Assembly (NCBI GenBank): GCA_902559935.1
Contig: CACEJN010000001.1
Location: 599 to 64,598 of the forward strand
Direction of reading: 5' to 3'
Length of the DNA: 64,000 nucleotides
From: an uncultured Pelagibacteraceae bacterium
GTDB taxonomy: Bacteria; Pseudomonadota; Alphaproteobacteria; Pelagibacterales; Pelagibacteraceae
In this document: piece by piece, positions 15,467-26,547 of the stretch
Layout of the letters: every line of letters starts with the position of its first letter
How positions within the stretch are numbered: the stretch's first letter is position 1
Made by a program: the position numbers and the translations under genes
Notes under the pieces: generated by a model
Database searches by the model: none
The model's input: the letters and a program-made list of their open reading frames with translations, nothing else
Told to the model about the DNA's origin: nothing

Positions 15467-16960
15467 TTATTTCATTGTTGGCATAACAAATTCCGCATTT
15501 GATCGGACACCTGAAGGCCATCTAGATGTTACAGTTTTAAGTTTAGTATAAAATTTTATTCCTTCCATACCATGCATTCCGCTATCTCCAAATAATGATC
15601 TTTTCCAACCACCAAAACTATGAAATGCCATTGGAACTGGGATCGGCACGTTAATACCAACCATACCTACTTGAATTTTACTTGCAAAAGTTCTGCCTGC
15701 ATCACCGTCTCTTGTATAAATACTAACTCCATTTCCGTACTCATGGTCGTTAATTAATTTTGCAGCTTCTTCAAAAGTTTTTACTCGAACAACTGATAAG
15801 ACTGGACCAAATATTTCTTCTTTGTAAATTCTCATATCTTTATTTACATGATCAAATAAACATCCACCTATATAGAAACCATTTTCATAGCCTTGGAGTT
15901 TTAAACCTCTACCATCAACCACTAGCTTTGCGCCTTCCTTGACACCCAAATCAACGTAACTTGTAACTTTTTCTAAATGTTCTTTTGTAACTAAAGGTCC
16001 CATTTCTGATGCTTTATCCATTCCAGGTCCAACTTTTAAAGCTTCAGCTTTTTTTGATAATCTTGATACAAGTTCATCACCGATATCTCCGACCGCAACA
16101 GCAACTGATTGAGCCATACATCTTTCTCCAGCTGAACCATAAGCAGCACCCATTAAACCATTTACTGCACCATCTAAATCACAATCTGGCATAACAACTA
16201 AATGATTTTTTGCTCCACCCAAAGCTTGAACTCTTTTTTCATTTTTAGCTGAATTTTCATAAATATATTTTGCAATAGGAGTAGATCCTACGAAACTAAC
16301 AGCTTTGATATCTTTATTTTCTAAAATTGCATCAACAGCTTCTTTATCTCCATTTATTACATTAAATACTCCTTCTGGAAGACCAGCCTCAGTAAGTAGT
16401 TCTGCCAATCTTATTGCGCAAGAAGGGTCTTTTTCTGATGGTTTAAGAATAAAAGTGTTTCCACAAGCTATTGCTATTGGAAACATCCACATTGGTACCA
16501 TAGCAGGAAAATTAAAAGGTGTAATACCTGCAACAACTCCTAATGGCTGTCTGATTGACCAACTATCAACATTGGTTCCAACATTTTCTGAAAACTCACC
16601 TTTTAATAAATGTGGTATTCCACAAGCAAATTCTACCACCTCAAGTCCTCTAGTTAAAGAGCCTCTTGCATCCTCATAAACTTTTCCATGTTCTGAAACT
16701 ATTAACTTCGTTAATTCATCAGAATTTTTTTCGATTAATTCTTTAAATTTAAATATTATTCTAGCTCTTTGTAGAGCAGGTTTTAAAGACCAAGTTTCAA
16801 ATGCTTTTTTTGCTACCTCAACAGCACTGTCTAGATCAGATTTTGAAGCAAGTCTTACCTCTGACTCTTGTTCGCCAGTTGCTGGATTATAAACTTTCCC
16901 CTTTTTATCTGAAGATCCCGGAATTATTTTACCGTTTACGAAGTGTTCTATTAATTTCAT
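15467..16960 (-). CDS. mmsA: CoA-acylating (methyl)malonate-semialdehyde dehydrogenase
   Basis: ITPFNFPAMVPMW, GSAGERCMA, INVPIPVPMAFHSFGGWK (ALDH6 family). Confidence 0.94.
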   Translation of the reverse strand: MKLIEHFVNGKIIPGSSDKKGKVYNPATGEQESEVRLASKSDLDSAVEVAKKAFETWSLKPALQRARIIFKFKELIEKNSDELTKLIVSEHGKVYEDARGSLTRGLEVVEFACGIPHLLKGEFSENVGTNVDSWSIRQPLGVVAGITPFNFPAMVPMWMFPIAIACGNTFILKPSEKDPSCAIRLAELLTEAGLPEGVFNVINGDKEAVDAILENKDIKAVSFVGSTPIAKYIYENSAKNEKRVQALGGAKNHLVVMPDCDLDGAVNGLMGAAYGSAGERCMAQSVAVAVGDIGDELVSRLSKKAEALKVGPGMDKASEMGPLVTKEHLEKVTSYVDLGVKEGAKLVVDGRGLKLQGYENGFYIGGCLFDHVNKDMRIYKEEIFGPVLSVVRVKTFEEAAKLINDHEYGNGVSIYTRDGDAGRTFASKIQVGMVGINVPIPVPMAFHSFGGWKRSLFGDSGMHGMEGIKFYTKLKTVTSRWPSGVRSNAEFVMPTMK

Positions 16961-16999
16961 GAATACGGTGTTTTAGATCAAAAATATCGAATAGTCTAT

Positions 17000-17779
17000 T
17001 TAAACATTAGCTGTTGCTAACATTTTTTTTATTTCAGCTATAGCTTTTGCTGGATTCAAGCCCTTAGGACATGCATTTGTACAATTTAATATTGTATGGC
17101 ATCTATATAATTTTAATTCATCTGAAACTTTTTTTAATCTAGCTTTTCTTTCTTCATCTCTACTATCAATAATCCATCTATAAGCCTGTAGCAGAACTGC
17201 TGGACCTAAATATTTATCTCCATTCCACCAATAACTTGGGCAAGATGTAGAACAGCAAGCACACATAATACATTCGTAAGCACCATCAAGTTTTGCTCTA
17301 TCTTCTTTAGACTGATAAATTTCTGTTGTCTGTTTTGTTGAGTTATTTTTTAACCAAGGTTCAATAGATTGATATTGTTTATATAAGCCATCTAAATCGC
17401 CAATCAAATCTCTTTTAACTTTTAAATGAGGTAGAGGATAAATATCGATGTCACCATCTATCTCTGCATGAGGAGTTGTGCAGGCTAGTCCATTTTTTCC
17501 TCCCATATTCATAGCACAAGAACCACAAACACCATGAGCACAAGACCTTCTATAGGCCAATGTAGGATCAATTTCGTTTTTGATTTTATTTAAAATATCT
17601 AGCACCTTAGATGGACAATTATCCATATCAACTTCGTATGTATCAATCCTAGGATTTTCTTCTGTCGATGGATCCCATCTATAAATATTTACTTTTCTTA
17701 AATTTTTAGATCCAGTTTTGTCTTTAAAATATTTGCCTTTTTTAACCTCTGAATTTTTAGGTAAGCTTAGCTGAACCAT
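17000..17779 (-). CDS. sdhB: Succinate dehydrogenase Fe-S subunit
   Basis: [35 protein letters not shown]. Confidence 0.98.
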   Translation of the reverse strand: MVQLSLPKNSEVKKGKYFKDKTGSKNLRKVNIYRWDPSTEENPRIDTYEVDMDNCPSKVLDILNKIKNEIDPTLAYRRSCAHGVCGSCAMNMGGKNGLACTTPHAEIDGDIDIYPLPHLKVKRDLIGDLDGLYKQYQSIEPWLKNNSTKQTTEIYQSKEDRAKLDGAYECIMCACCSTSCPSYWWNGDKYLGPAVLLQAYRWIIDSRDEERKARLKKVSDELKLYRCHTILNCTNACPKGLNPAKAIAEIKKMLATANV

Positions 17780-19554
17780 TAATATACTCGCTCTTGTGGT
17801 GGAAAATATTGAACTTCATTTGTTAAAGTTGATTTGTGTACTGCTCTGTAACTAATCTTTGTATTTTTTCCATCACACCAAGCAAGAGTGTGTTGCATAA
17901 ACTTTTCGTCATCTCTTTTTGGATAATCGTCTCTCGCGTGAGCACCTCTGCTCTCTTTTCTATGATATGCAGATTCTACAGTAGTTACTGCTTGTCTTAT
18001 TAAATTATCAAATTCTAATGTTTCAACTAAATCGGTATTAAATACTAAAGACCTATCTTTAACTGAAATTGAGTCCATACCATCATAGGTTTTTTTAATC
18101 TCATCAACACCTTCTTTAAGATTTTTTTCTGTTCTAAAAACTGCACATTTTGACTGCATGGTTTTTTGCATTGAAAGTCTAAGTTCTGCAGTACTATTAT
18201 TTCCTTGTGCATTTCTAAGTTTATCAAATCTATCTAAACATTTTTGTGTTTCTGACTCAGGAATTTCCTCATGAGGTGTTCCTGGCTTAACTAATTCAGC
18301 TGCTCTTTTTGCTGCTGCTCTTCCAAATACTACTAAATCAATTAAAGAATTAGAACCAAGTCTATTTGCTCCATGAACAGAGACACATGCTGCTTCTCCT
18401 ATAGCCATTAAACCTGGAACAGTTTTTTCTGAGCCATTTACAGTTAATACTTCTGCTTTATAGTTTGTTGGAATACCACCCATATTATAATGAACTGTTG
18501 GTACAACAGGAATTGGTTCTTTAGTTACATCTACATTTGCAAATAATCTTGCTGCATCAGTAATTCCAGGAAGCCTGCTTTCAATAATATCTTTATCTAA
18601 GTGACTTAGGTTCAAATGAACATGATCTTGATCTTTTCCAACACCTCTTCCCTCATTAATCTCAATAGACATAGATCTGCTAACAACATCTCTTGATGCT
18701 AAATCTTTTGCATTTGGAGCATACCTTTCCATAAATCTTTCACCTTTAGAATTTGTAAGATAGCCTCCTTCTCCTCGCGCACCTTCTGTTATTAAGGTAC
18801 CGTGGCCATAAATTCCTGTTGGGTGAAATTGAACAAACTCCATATCCTGAAGCGGTAATCCAGCTCTTAAAACCATTGCATTGCCATCACCAGTGCAAGT
18901 ATGTGCTGATGTTGCTGAATAATAAACTTTTCCATAACCACCAGTAGCAATAATTACTGTGTGCGCTCTAAATCTATGAATTGTTCCATCATTCAAATTC
19001 CAAGCAATTAGACCTTTGCATTCTCCATTCTTCATCAACAAATCTAATGCGAAATATTCTATAAAAAATTCTGTATTATGCTTTAACGCTTGTCCATATA
19101 ATGTGTGTAAAATAGCATGTCCTGTTCTATCAGCTGCTGCACAAGTTCTTTGAACTATTCCATTTCCATAATTTTTTGTCATTCCACCAAATGGTCTTTG
19201 ATAAATTTTTCCCTCTTCAGTTCTACTAAATGGAACTCCATATTTCTCTAATTCTAAAACTGCTTTAGGTGCTTCTTTACAAAGATATTCAATACTATCT
19301 TGATCACCTAACCAATCTGCACCTTTGACAGTGTCATACATGTGCCATCTCCAATCATCTTCTCCCATGTTTCCTAGTGCTGCTGATATTCCACCTTGTG
19401 CAGCTGATGTATGACTTCTGGTAGGAAATACTTTAGAGACACAAGCTGTTTTTAAGCCAGCTTCACTAAGCCCTACTGCCGCTCTTAAACCTGATCCACC
19501 TGCACCAAGTACAACAACATCGTACTCATGGTCTATAATATTATATGCTTTCAT
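17779..19554 (-). CDS. sdhA: Succinate dehydrogenase flavoprotein
   Basis: [10 protein letters not shown] covalent-FAD motif, [11 protein letters not shown]. Confidence 0.99.
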   Translation of the reverse strand: MKAYNIIDHEYDVVVLGAGGSGLRAAVGLSEAGLKTACVSKVFPTRSHTSAAQGGISAALGNMGEDDWRWHMYDTVKGADWLGDQDSIEYLCKEAPKAVLELEKYGVPFSRTEEGKIYQRPFGGMTKNYGNGIVQRTCAAADRTGHAILHTLYGQALKHNTEFFIEYFALDLLMKNGECKGLIAWNLNDGTIHRFRAHTVIIATGGYGKVYYSATSAHTCTGDGNAMVLRAGLPLQDMEFVQFHPTGIYGHGTLITEGARGEGGYLTNSKGERFMERYAPNAKDLASRDVVSRSMSIEINEGRGVGKDQDHVHLNLSHLDKDIIESRLPGITDAARLFANVDVTKEPIPVVPTVHYNMGGIPTNYKAEVLTVNGSEKTVPGLMAIGEAACVSVHGANRLGSNSLIDLVVFGRAAAKRAAELVKPGTPHEEIPESETQKCLDRFDKLRNAQGNNSTAELRLSMQKTMQSKCAVFRTEKNLKEGVDEIKKTYDGMDSISVKDRSLVFNTDLVETLEFDNLIRQAVTTVESAYHRKESRGAHARDDYPKRDDEKFMQHTLAWCDGKNTKISYRAVHKSTLTNEVQYFPPQERVY

Positions 19555-19880
19555 GTATTTAAGTTAAAAATTACAATTATTGTAATTACTGGAATTGTTA
19601 TAGCAAAAAAATTTAGGACTTTGTTTGCGGCATTTTTGGTTTTTTTATCGTTAATATAGTCTTCAAAAACCTCACTTATAGTCAAAGCTGAAAAAAAATA
19701 AGCAATAACTAAAAATAATCCAATTAGGAATTTAGATGGTTGTGTTGTTAAAAAATTCACTATTTCAAAATAACTTTTATCATAGATATTCACTAAATTT
19801 ATAATAAACCAAAGCATTAAAGGTAATAAGATTGCGGAACTAATTTTTAAGAATAACCATTTTTTTGTTACTGGAAGCAT
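19551..19880 (-). CDS. sdhD: Succinate dehydrogenase hydrophobic anchor subunit
   Basis: Three TM helices, EDY quinone-site motif, located between sdhC and sdhA. Contains no His. Confidence 0.9.
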   Translation of the reverse strand: MLPVTKKWLFLKISSAILLPLMLWFIINLVNIYDKSYFEIVNFLTTQPSKFLIGLFLVIAYFFSALTISEVFEDYINDKKTKNAANKVLNFFAITIPVITIIVIFNLNT

Positions 19881-20260
19881 TATGTTAATCCTCTGCCAAT
19901 TAAATAAATTAAGATAGTTAAAACAATCGAACCAAAAATAACTAACAAACCTGTAATTTTTGTTGTTTGTAATTCAAATCCATAACCTAAATCCATAATC
20001 AAGTGTCTTACTTCACTTAACATTTGAAAACTAAATGACCAGGTTATTCCAATTAAAATAAACTTACCTAAAAAAGTTTCTAAAAAAATTTTAATAATTT
20101 GATAATTACTTTCTCCTAAAAGCATTAATGCAAACCAAATACAAATTAATGTGATCGCAAAAAAATTAATTATTCCTGTAATTCTATGTGAAATAGATAC
20201 TAATGAAGAAATATGCCATTTATAAATCTGTATATGTGGTGATAAAGGTCTGTCTTCCAT
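19880..20260 (-). CDS. sdhC: Succinate dehydrogenase cytochrome b556-type subunit
   Basis: RPLSPH, SISHRITG, RHLIMDLG. Confidence 0.95.
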   Translation of the reverse strand: MEDRPLSPHIQIYKWHISSLVSISHRITGIINFFAITLICIWFALMLLGESNYQIIKIFLETFLGKFILIGITWSFSFQMLSEVRHLIMDLGYGFELQTTKITGLLVIFGSIVLTILIYLIGRGLT

Positions 20261-20263
20261 ATT

Positions 20264-21259
20264 TTATTTTGAGTTAATAATTGTTTCAGCAATTTCAACA
20301 GAATTAAGTGCTGCACCTCTAAGTAGGTTATCTGAAACGATCCACAAATTTAATGAATTTTTTTTAGTTTTGTCTTCTCTAATTCTAGATATATATGTCT
20401 CATCACTACCAGCTGCTTCAAATGGTGTGCTATAACCTCCATTTTCTCTTTTATCAATAACCTCACAACCATCTGCTTTACTTAAAACATCTCTCACTTT
20501 TTCTAAAGTATATGGTTTTTCAAATTCTATATTAACAGACTCCGAATGAGAAACTAAAACAGGAATCCTTACACATGTAGCTGTAAGTTCTATCGAATCA
20601 TCTAATATTTTTTTTGTTTCATTTGTCATTTTTAATTCTTCTTTTGTATATCCATCATCGGCAAAAACATCGATATGTGGAATAACATTAAAAGCGATTT
20701 GTTTAGTAAAATTTTTTGACTCTATTTTTTTTCCATCTAAATATTGTTTAGTTTGATCTATTAATTCGTCCATTGGACTTTTGCCACCACCTGAAACAGA
20801 TTGGTAAGTTGAAACTACAACTCTTTTAATTTTGAATAAATTATGTAGTGGTTTAAGTGCTATAACAAGTTGTGCTGTAGAACAATTTGGATTTGCAATA
20901 ATATTTTTTTTCATATTTTTAATTTCAGCTGCATTCACTTGTGGGACGATCAATGGAACATCTGGATCCATTCTAAAAAAACTGGAATTATCAATTACAA
21001 TTGTGTGCTTGGCAGCTTTTTCTGCATATTTTTCAGCAATTTTTCCTCCAGCTGCAAAAAAAGTTATATCTGCTTTTGAAAAATCATATGTCTCTAAATT
21101 TTCAATAACATACTCTTTATCTCTAAAAGAGATTTTTTTTCCTGCACTTTTTTCTGAGGCAACTAAATATAGATCATCAAACTTGAAGTTTTTTTTATCA
21201 AATACTTCAAGAGTTTTTCTACCAACATTTCCTGTTGCACCTACTATAGCTATGTTCAT
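20264..21259 (-). CDS. asd: Aspartate-semialdehyde dehydrogenase
   Basis: GATGNVG, NPNCST, SDNLLRGAALN. Confidence 0.97.
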   Translation of the reverse strand: MNIAIVGATGNVGRKTLEVFDKKNFKFDDLYLVASEKSAGKKISFRDKEYVIENLETYDFSKADITFFAAGGKIAEKYAEKAAKHTIVIDNSSFFRMDPDVPLIVPQVNAAEIKNMKKNIIANPNCSTAQLVIALKPLHNLFKIKRVVVSTYQSVSGGGKSPMDELIDQTKQYLDGKKIESKNFTKQIAFNVIPHIDVFADDGYTKEELKMTNETKKILDDSIELTATCVRIPVLVSHSESVNIEFEKPYTLEKVRDVLSKADGCEVIDKRENGGYSTPFEAAGSDETYISRIREDKTKKNSLNLWIVSDNLLRGAALNSVEIAETIINSK

Positions 21260-21274
21260 TTTAAAGCTGTTATA

Positions 21275-22384
21275 CTAAATAAAAGGTAAATCGCAAACTT
21301 TACCACTGCAAATATCACCATTTATGCTTGCTTTTACCTTCTGGTCTACATTCCAATGTGATTTTTTCATCATAGCAATACCAATCACTTTTTTAAAATG
21401 TGGTGAATAGCATGCTGAACGTAATTCTCCAACGATGTTGTTCTGATCATCAGTAAGATCTAAAGATCCTGTTAAACTTATTTTCTGTATATCAAATTTA
21501 ACTCCCATTAATTTTTTATTTATTCCTTCAGATTTAATTGTCTTCAGTTTTTCTTTTCCTAAAAAGATAACATCACTATCTATGTTAATATATTTATCAA
21601 AACCACATTCATAAGGATTATCTCCATTATCCATATCATTACCATGAGATAACAGTCCACTTTCTATTCGTTCAATCAAATTAGGACATCCTGGTTTAAC
21701 ATTAAATTCTTTTCCAATTTCAAATAAATGATCATACAGTTTTAAGCCTGCTTCTGTATTTTGAACATATACTTCATAGCCTCCTTGTTTAGACCATCCA
21801 GATTGTGCGATAAGGTGTTTTGCACCTCCAAATTCAAAATAATCAAAACCAAAAAATTTTAATTTTGTAATCTGTTCTCCAAATACTTTTTCCATCAATT
21901 TAAATGATTTTGGACCTTGTACAGCCATGATATCAACTTTTGGCTCTATGATTTCAACATCAAATTTATTTCCAATTGCTAATCCTTTTGCAAATAATAT
22001 TACGTCCGTATCTGCAATAGAAATCCACCATTTATTTTCATTAATTCTTAAAACAACTGGATCATTAATTAATCCAGCATTGTCATCTATAATCGGACAA
22101 TAATAACATCTTCCATCTTTAGATTTTGATAAATCTCTACAAGTCATCAACTGAACTAGTTTTGCAGAATCTTTTCCTGAAATTTCTACCTGTCTTTCAG
22201 CTGCTACATCCCAGATCTGAACATGCTCTTTTAAATGATGATAAGATTCTTCAATTGAACCAAAGGCAGCTGGAAGCAACATATGGTTATAAATTGTATA
22301 AGCTGTAACACCCTGTTCCTCAATTCGAGAAGTATATGGAGTGCCTCTAAGTCTTCTTGATTTTGCAATTAAAAAGTTTTTCAT
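21275..22384 (-). CDS. dmdA: DMSP demethylase (GcvT family)
   Basis: [50 protein letters not shown] are DmdA-type motifs. Clustered with dmdB and dmdC. Confidence 0.93.
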   Translation of the reverse strand: MKNFLIAKSRRLRGTPYTSRIEEQGVTAYTIYNHMLLPAAFGSIEESYHHLKEHVQIWDVAAERQVEISGKDSAKLVQLMTCRDLSKSKDGRCYYCPIIDDNAGLINDPVVLRINENKWWISIADTDVILFAKGLAIGNKFDVEIIEPKVDIMAVQGPKSFKLMEKVFGEQITKLKFFGFDYFEFGGAKHLIAQSGWSKQGGYEVYVQNTEAGLKLYDHLFEIGKEFNVKPGCPNLIERIESGLLSHGNDMDNGDNPYECGFDKYINIDSDVIFLGKEKLKTIKSEGINKKLMGVKFDIQKISLTGSLDLTDDQNNIVGELRSACYSPHFKKVIGIAMMKKSHWNVDQKVKASINGDICSGKVCDLPFI

Positions 22385-23157
22385 TTTTTCAAAAATTCTA
22401 AAACTTTGTCTCTCATTTCAAATGCTTTTTCAATCATAATCATATGCCCACAACCCTCTATTATATGTGTAGATGAATTATTAATTAGACTAGAAAATTT
22501 TTTTCCAGCTTCTAGATTTACCATCTTATCTAAAGAGCCAAAAATAAACATTGATGGGAATTGTATTAATTTAGCAGCATCAGAACCATTTTTGTAATTG
22601 TTACATGCAACAAGGTCTACCGCCAGTATGTCTCTTATATCTCGAGGTGATTGTATTATTTTTTCTACTGGGTTACCTCCAATAAATCTTTTTGAACCTT
22701 CATAACCCCACTTCATCATTAATTTAACTGCATCGGAGTCCCCATTTTTTGCTAGATCAATTAAATCTGGATGTACTGGCATTTTATTTGAGCCTCCAAT
22801 AAAGACTAACTTTTTTAATCTATCTTTATATTTATGAGCATATTCAAGTATCTCCAAGCAACCTTGGGAATGACCAATTAAAATTAAATTATTTAGATTT
22901 AGTTCGTTAAAAACCTGTTCTAACCAATCAGCTATTTTTTCAATACTATCTAAGCAAGGACCATCGGAATTACCATGCCCAGGCAAATCAATAGATAAAA
23001 CGTTAAAATTATTATTTGAAAAAAATTGTTCTGTTAGAGACCAAACAATATGAGAAAGACCGCTCCCATGAAGAAATACTATTGTATCTTTATTTTGATC
23101 GATGCCCTGTCCTGCATCAGACGCATAAACATTTTTATTTTCTAATTGAAAATTCAA
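22381..23157 (-). CDS. Alpha/beta-fold hydrolase in the dmd cluster
   Basis: LHGSG oxyanion motif, GHSQG nucleophile elbow, GSLD acid, CGHM His. TTG start; its stop overlaps the dmdA start (ATGA). Confidence 0.88.
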   Translation of the reverse strand: MNFQLENKNVYASDAGQGIDQNKDTIVFLHGSGLSHIVWSLTEQFFSNNNFNVLSIDLPGHGNSDGPCLDSIEKIADWLEQVFNELNLNNLILIGHSQGCLEILEYAHKYKDRLKKLVFIGGSNKMPVHPDLIDLAKNGDSDAVKLMMKWGYEGSKRFIGGNPVEKIIQSPRDIRDILAVDLVACNNYKNGSDAAKLIQFPSMFIFGSLDKMVNLEAGKKFSSLINNSSTHIIEGCGHMIMIEKAFEMRDKVLEFLKK

Positions 23158-23164
23158 AAATTAC

Positions 23165-24781
23165 CTAAACTTGTTTTCTCAATTCAAATTTTTGAATTTT
23201 TCCTGTTGAAGTTTTTGGCAAATCACAGAACACAACCTTTTTAGGAACTTTAAATCCCGCTAAAGTCTCCTTACAAAAATCAATTAATTCTTTTTCAGAT
23301 ACCGGTTTATCTTTAACCATTTCAATAAATGCGCAAGGAACTTCGCCCCATTTTTCATCTGGTTTAGCAACAACTGCAGCAATAGAAACTGATGGATGTT
23401 TAGAAAGTGTATTTTCTATTTCAATTGAGGAAATATTTTCTCCTCCAGAAATAATTATATCTTTTGATCTATCTTGTATTTTTACATAACCATCAGGATG
23501 CATCACGGCTAGATCACCACTATGAAACCACCCATCCTTCATAGCTTTATCGGTAGCATCTTTGTCTTTAAAGTAACCTTTCATTACGACATTTCCTCTA
23601 ATCATAATTTCACCAATTGTTTTTCCATCTTTAGGAACCTCTTTCATTGTTTCTGGATCCAAAACAACTACACCTTCAGTATTTGGATATCTCACACCTT
23701 GCCTAGCCTTAATTTCATTTTGTTTTTCCTCATCGAAATTGTTCCATTCATCATTCCACGCACACTGAGTAACATGTCCATAAGTTTCCGTTAAACCGTA
23801 TACATGCATAACTTCAAAACCTAATGCTCTCATTTTTTTGAAAATTATACTTGGTGGTGGCGCTCCAGCAGTCAAAACATAAACTTTTTGTTTTAATTTT
23901 TTTTTGTCACTTTCAGGAGCTCCTGTAATCATATTTAATACTATTGGGGCACCACCAAAATGAGTTACTTCATATTTATCGATTAATTCAAAAATTTTTT
24001 TTATGTCAATATTTCTTAAACAAATTGTCCTTCCATTTAACATTGGAACTGTCCATGGATAACACCAACCATTACAATGAAACATTGGAACCACTGTTAA
24101 AAAATTTAATCTATTTGGCATGTTCCAAGCTACTGAACTTCCTGTGGACATTAAATATGCCCCTCTATGATGATAAACTACTCCCTTTGGATTTCCTGTA
24201 GTACCCGAAGTATAGCTTAATGATATTGCTTGCCATTCGTCCTCTGGCATTTGCCAATCGAAATTTTCATCCCCTGTATTTAAGAAACTCTCATATTCTA
24301 AATCACCAATTTTTTCTAATTTCGATTGGTCAACATTTTTATCATCAATATCAATTATTGTAATTTTCTTACCTAAAGTTTTTAATGCTTTTTTAACTTC
24401 TACATGTAATTGTCGATCAACTACTAACACCTTTGCATCACTGTGATCTAAAATATATGAAATTGTATTTGCATCTAATCTTATATTAATTGTATTTAAT
24501 ACTGCACCCGCCATAGGTACTGAGTAATGTGCTTCAAAAATCTCTGGTGTATTAAAAGCTAAAAATGAAACAGTATCACCTTTTTTAATTCCAATTTTTG
24601 ACAATGCACTAGCAAATTTTACAGCTCTTTTATAAACTTCATTCCAAGTATATTTCCTATCCTCATAAATTATAGCTTCATAATTTGGATAAATTTCCCT
24701 TGCTCTTTTAAGAAACGTTAATGGGGTAAGTGGAACGTAGTTCGCTTTATTTTTATCTAAATTTGTCTCGAAATGATTCAT
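23165..24781 (-). CDS. dmdB: 3-methylmercaptopropionate-CoA ligase (AMP-binding)
   Basis: YTSGTTGNPKG, YGLTE, GWFHSGD, PKTSTGK. Context with dmdA and dmdC. Confidence 0.85.
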   Translation of the reverse strand: MNHFETNLDKNKANYVPLTPLTFLKRAREIYPNYEAIIYEDRKYTWNEVYKRAVKFASALSKIGIKKGDTVSFLAFNTPEIFEAHYSVPMAGAVLNTINIRLDANTISYILDHSDAKVLVVDRQLHVEVKKALKTLGKKITIIDIDDKNVDQSKLEKIGDLEYESFLNTGDENFDWQMPEDEWQAISLSYTSGTTGNPKGVVYHHRGAYLMSTGSSVAWNMPNRLNFLTVVPMFHCNGWCYPWTVPMLNGRTICLRNIDIKKIFELIDKYEVTHFGGAPIVLNMITGAPESDKKKLKQKVYVLTAGAPPPSIIFKKMRALGFEVMHVYGLTETYGHVTQCAWNDEWNNFDEEKQNEIKARQGVRYPNTEGVVVLDPETMKEVPKDGKTIGEIMIRGNVVMKGYFKDKDATDKAMKDGWFHSGDLAVMHPDGYVKIQDRSKDIIISGGENISSIEIENTLSKHPSVSIAAVVAKPDEKWGEVPCAFIEMVKDKPVSEKELIDFCKETLAGFKVPKKVVFCDLPKTSTGKIQKFELRKQV

Positions 24782-24783
24782 TA

Positions 24784-26547
24784 TTAATTAAACTTAAAAT
24801 TCATTATGTTAGAACTTCCAGTAATAGCAGATTTGTAATGATACTCAGCTCTAGGCAATACCTTATCAAAATAAAATTTTGCTGTATTTATTTTATCAGA
24901 ATAAAATTCTTTATTTGAGTCAAAATCCTTAAAGCTTACATCTAAAATTTTGATCCAAGCATAAGCAATTGAAACATATCCCAGACTTCTTAAATAATCA
25001 TTTGCTGCAGCACTAACATCGTCTTTTTCGATTTTATGTTTATCCTTAATCCAGTCGGTAAACTTAGATAAAATATCTAAATAATGATTTAATTCTTTTG
25101 AAAATGTTTTTACTTTTTCATTTTTACTATCACATTCAGATTTAATCATATCTAAAAACTTATTGATAACATCGCCATTTTTATTTGATAATTTTCTAAA
25201 TACTAAATCTGCTGCCTGAACAGAATTTGTTCCTTCATAAATTGGGGTAATACGATTATCTCTATATAATTGCTCTATTCCTTGGTCTTTAGTGTACCCA
25301 TATCCACCATGTATTTGCATCGCGTCGTTCGTAATTTCCATAGCTAAATCTGTAAATAATGATTTAACAACTGGTGTCATCAATGAAACATAATCCAAAG
25401 CTTCTTGTTTAATCTTTTCATCTGGATGATAAAGGCTCACCTCAGTTTGTTGTGATAACCAAAAACATAAAGCTCTTTCTCCTTCAATAATTGACTTCAT
25501 ATTAAGTAAAGATCTTCTAATATCCGCATGATCAATTATAAAGTCTGCACCATTTGTAGATTTTGAATTATTTGTTTTTCCTTGCTTTCTCTCTTTTGCA
25601 TAAGCAACTGAGTTTTGATACGCAATTTCAGAAATTCCTAAACCTTGAATGCCTACCACTATTCTCTCAAGGTTCATCATGGTAAACATAGCACTAAGAC
25701 CTTTGTCTTTGTTACCAATCATATAACCAGTTGCTTCATCAAAATTTAACACACATGTTGCTGAACCCTTTATTCCCATTTTACTCTCTATAGATCCTGT
25801 TGAAATTCCATTTCTTTGACCAACACTACCATCTTCATTTACAATAAATTTTGGTACTAAAAATAAACTAATTCCTTTAGTGCCCGTAGGAGAGTCCGTT
25901 GATCTTGCTAAAACTAAATGAATAATATTTTCAGTTAAGTCATGATCACCAGAAGTTATAAAAATCTTTTGACCACTAATTTTATAGGTGTCATCAGATT
26001 GTTTAACGGCTTTGGTTTTTAACAAACCTAAGTCTGTACCACAGACTGGTTCTGTTAAACACATAGTGCCACTCCATTTACCTTCGACGATCTTTGGTAA
26101 ATATTTATCTTTAATTCCATCTGAAGCATGATGATTAATACAATTATAGGCACCGATACTAAGTTCACTATATAATTTAAATGACAAACTGGCTGAGGAA
26201 AGCATTTCATCAAAGAACGCGCTTACTGTTTTTGGCATTCCTTGGCCTCCATATTTGGGGTCACAAGACAATGACGTCCAACCATCTTCAATGTATTTCT
26301 GATATGCTTCTTTGTAACCCGGTGGTGTTCTGACAACACCATTTTCTAAAATTGCTGGATTTTCGTCACCTGCTTTAGCAAGAGGTAAAATTAAATTTTG
26401 ATTTATTTTAGCTGCTTCTTCTAAAATATCTTTAACAAGATCTGCACTCACCTCATTATATTTTTCAAGCTCATTATAATTCTTATTATCTCTTAATTTT
26501 TCAAAGAGAAACATCATATCTTTTACTGGTGCGGTGTAACTTGGCAT
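24784..26547 (-). CDS. dmdC: 3-methylmercaptopropionyl-CoA dehydrogenase (acyl-CoA dehydrogenase)
   Basis: MCLTEPVCGTDL, KIFITSG, IHGGYGY, IYEGTN. Long 587-aa ACAD in the dmd cluster. Confidence 0.85.
   Translation of the reverse strand: MPSYTAPVKDMMFLFEKLRDNKNYNELEKYNEVSADLVKDILEEAAKINQNLILPLAKAGDENPAILENGVVRTPPGYKEAYQKYIEDGWTSLSCDPKYGGQGMPKTVSAFFDEMLSSASLSFKLYSELSIGAYNCINHHASDGIKDKYLPKIVEGKWSGTMCLTEPVCGTDLGLLKTKAVKQSDDTYKISGQKIFITSGDHDLTENIIHLVLARSTDSPTGTKGISLFLVPKFIVNEDGSVGQRNGISTGSIESKMGIKGSATCVLNFDEATGYMIGNKDKGLSAMFTMMNLERIVVGIQGLGISEIAYQNSVAYAKERKQGKTNNSKSTNGADFIIDHADIRRSLLNMKSIIEGERALCFWLSQQTEVSLYHPDEKIKQEALDYVSLMTPVVKSLFTDLAMEITNDAMQIHGGYGYTKDQGIEQLYRDNRITPIYEGTNSVQAADLVFRKLSNKNGDVINKFLDMIKSECDSKNEKVKTFSKELNHYLDILSKFTDWIKDKHKIEKDDVSAAANDYLRSLGYVSIAYAWIKILDVSFKDFDSNKEFYSDKINTAKFYFDKVLPRAEYHYKSAITGSSNIMNFKFN

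Noticed and set aside
21275-22384. Glycine cleavage T protein (gcvT)
   Set aside because: Motifs and the adjacent CoA ligase and acyl-CoA dehydrogenase fit DmdA; no gcvH or gcvP nearby.
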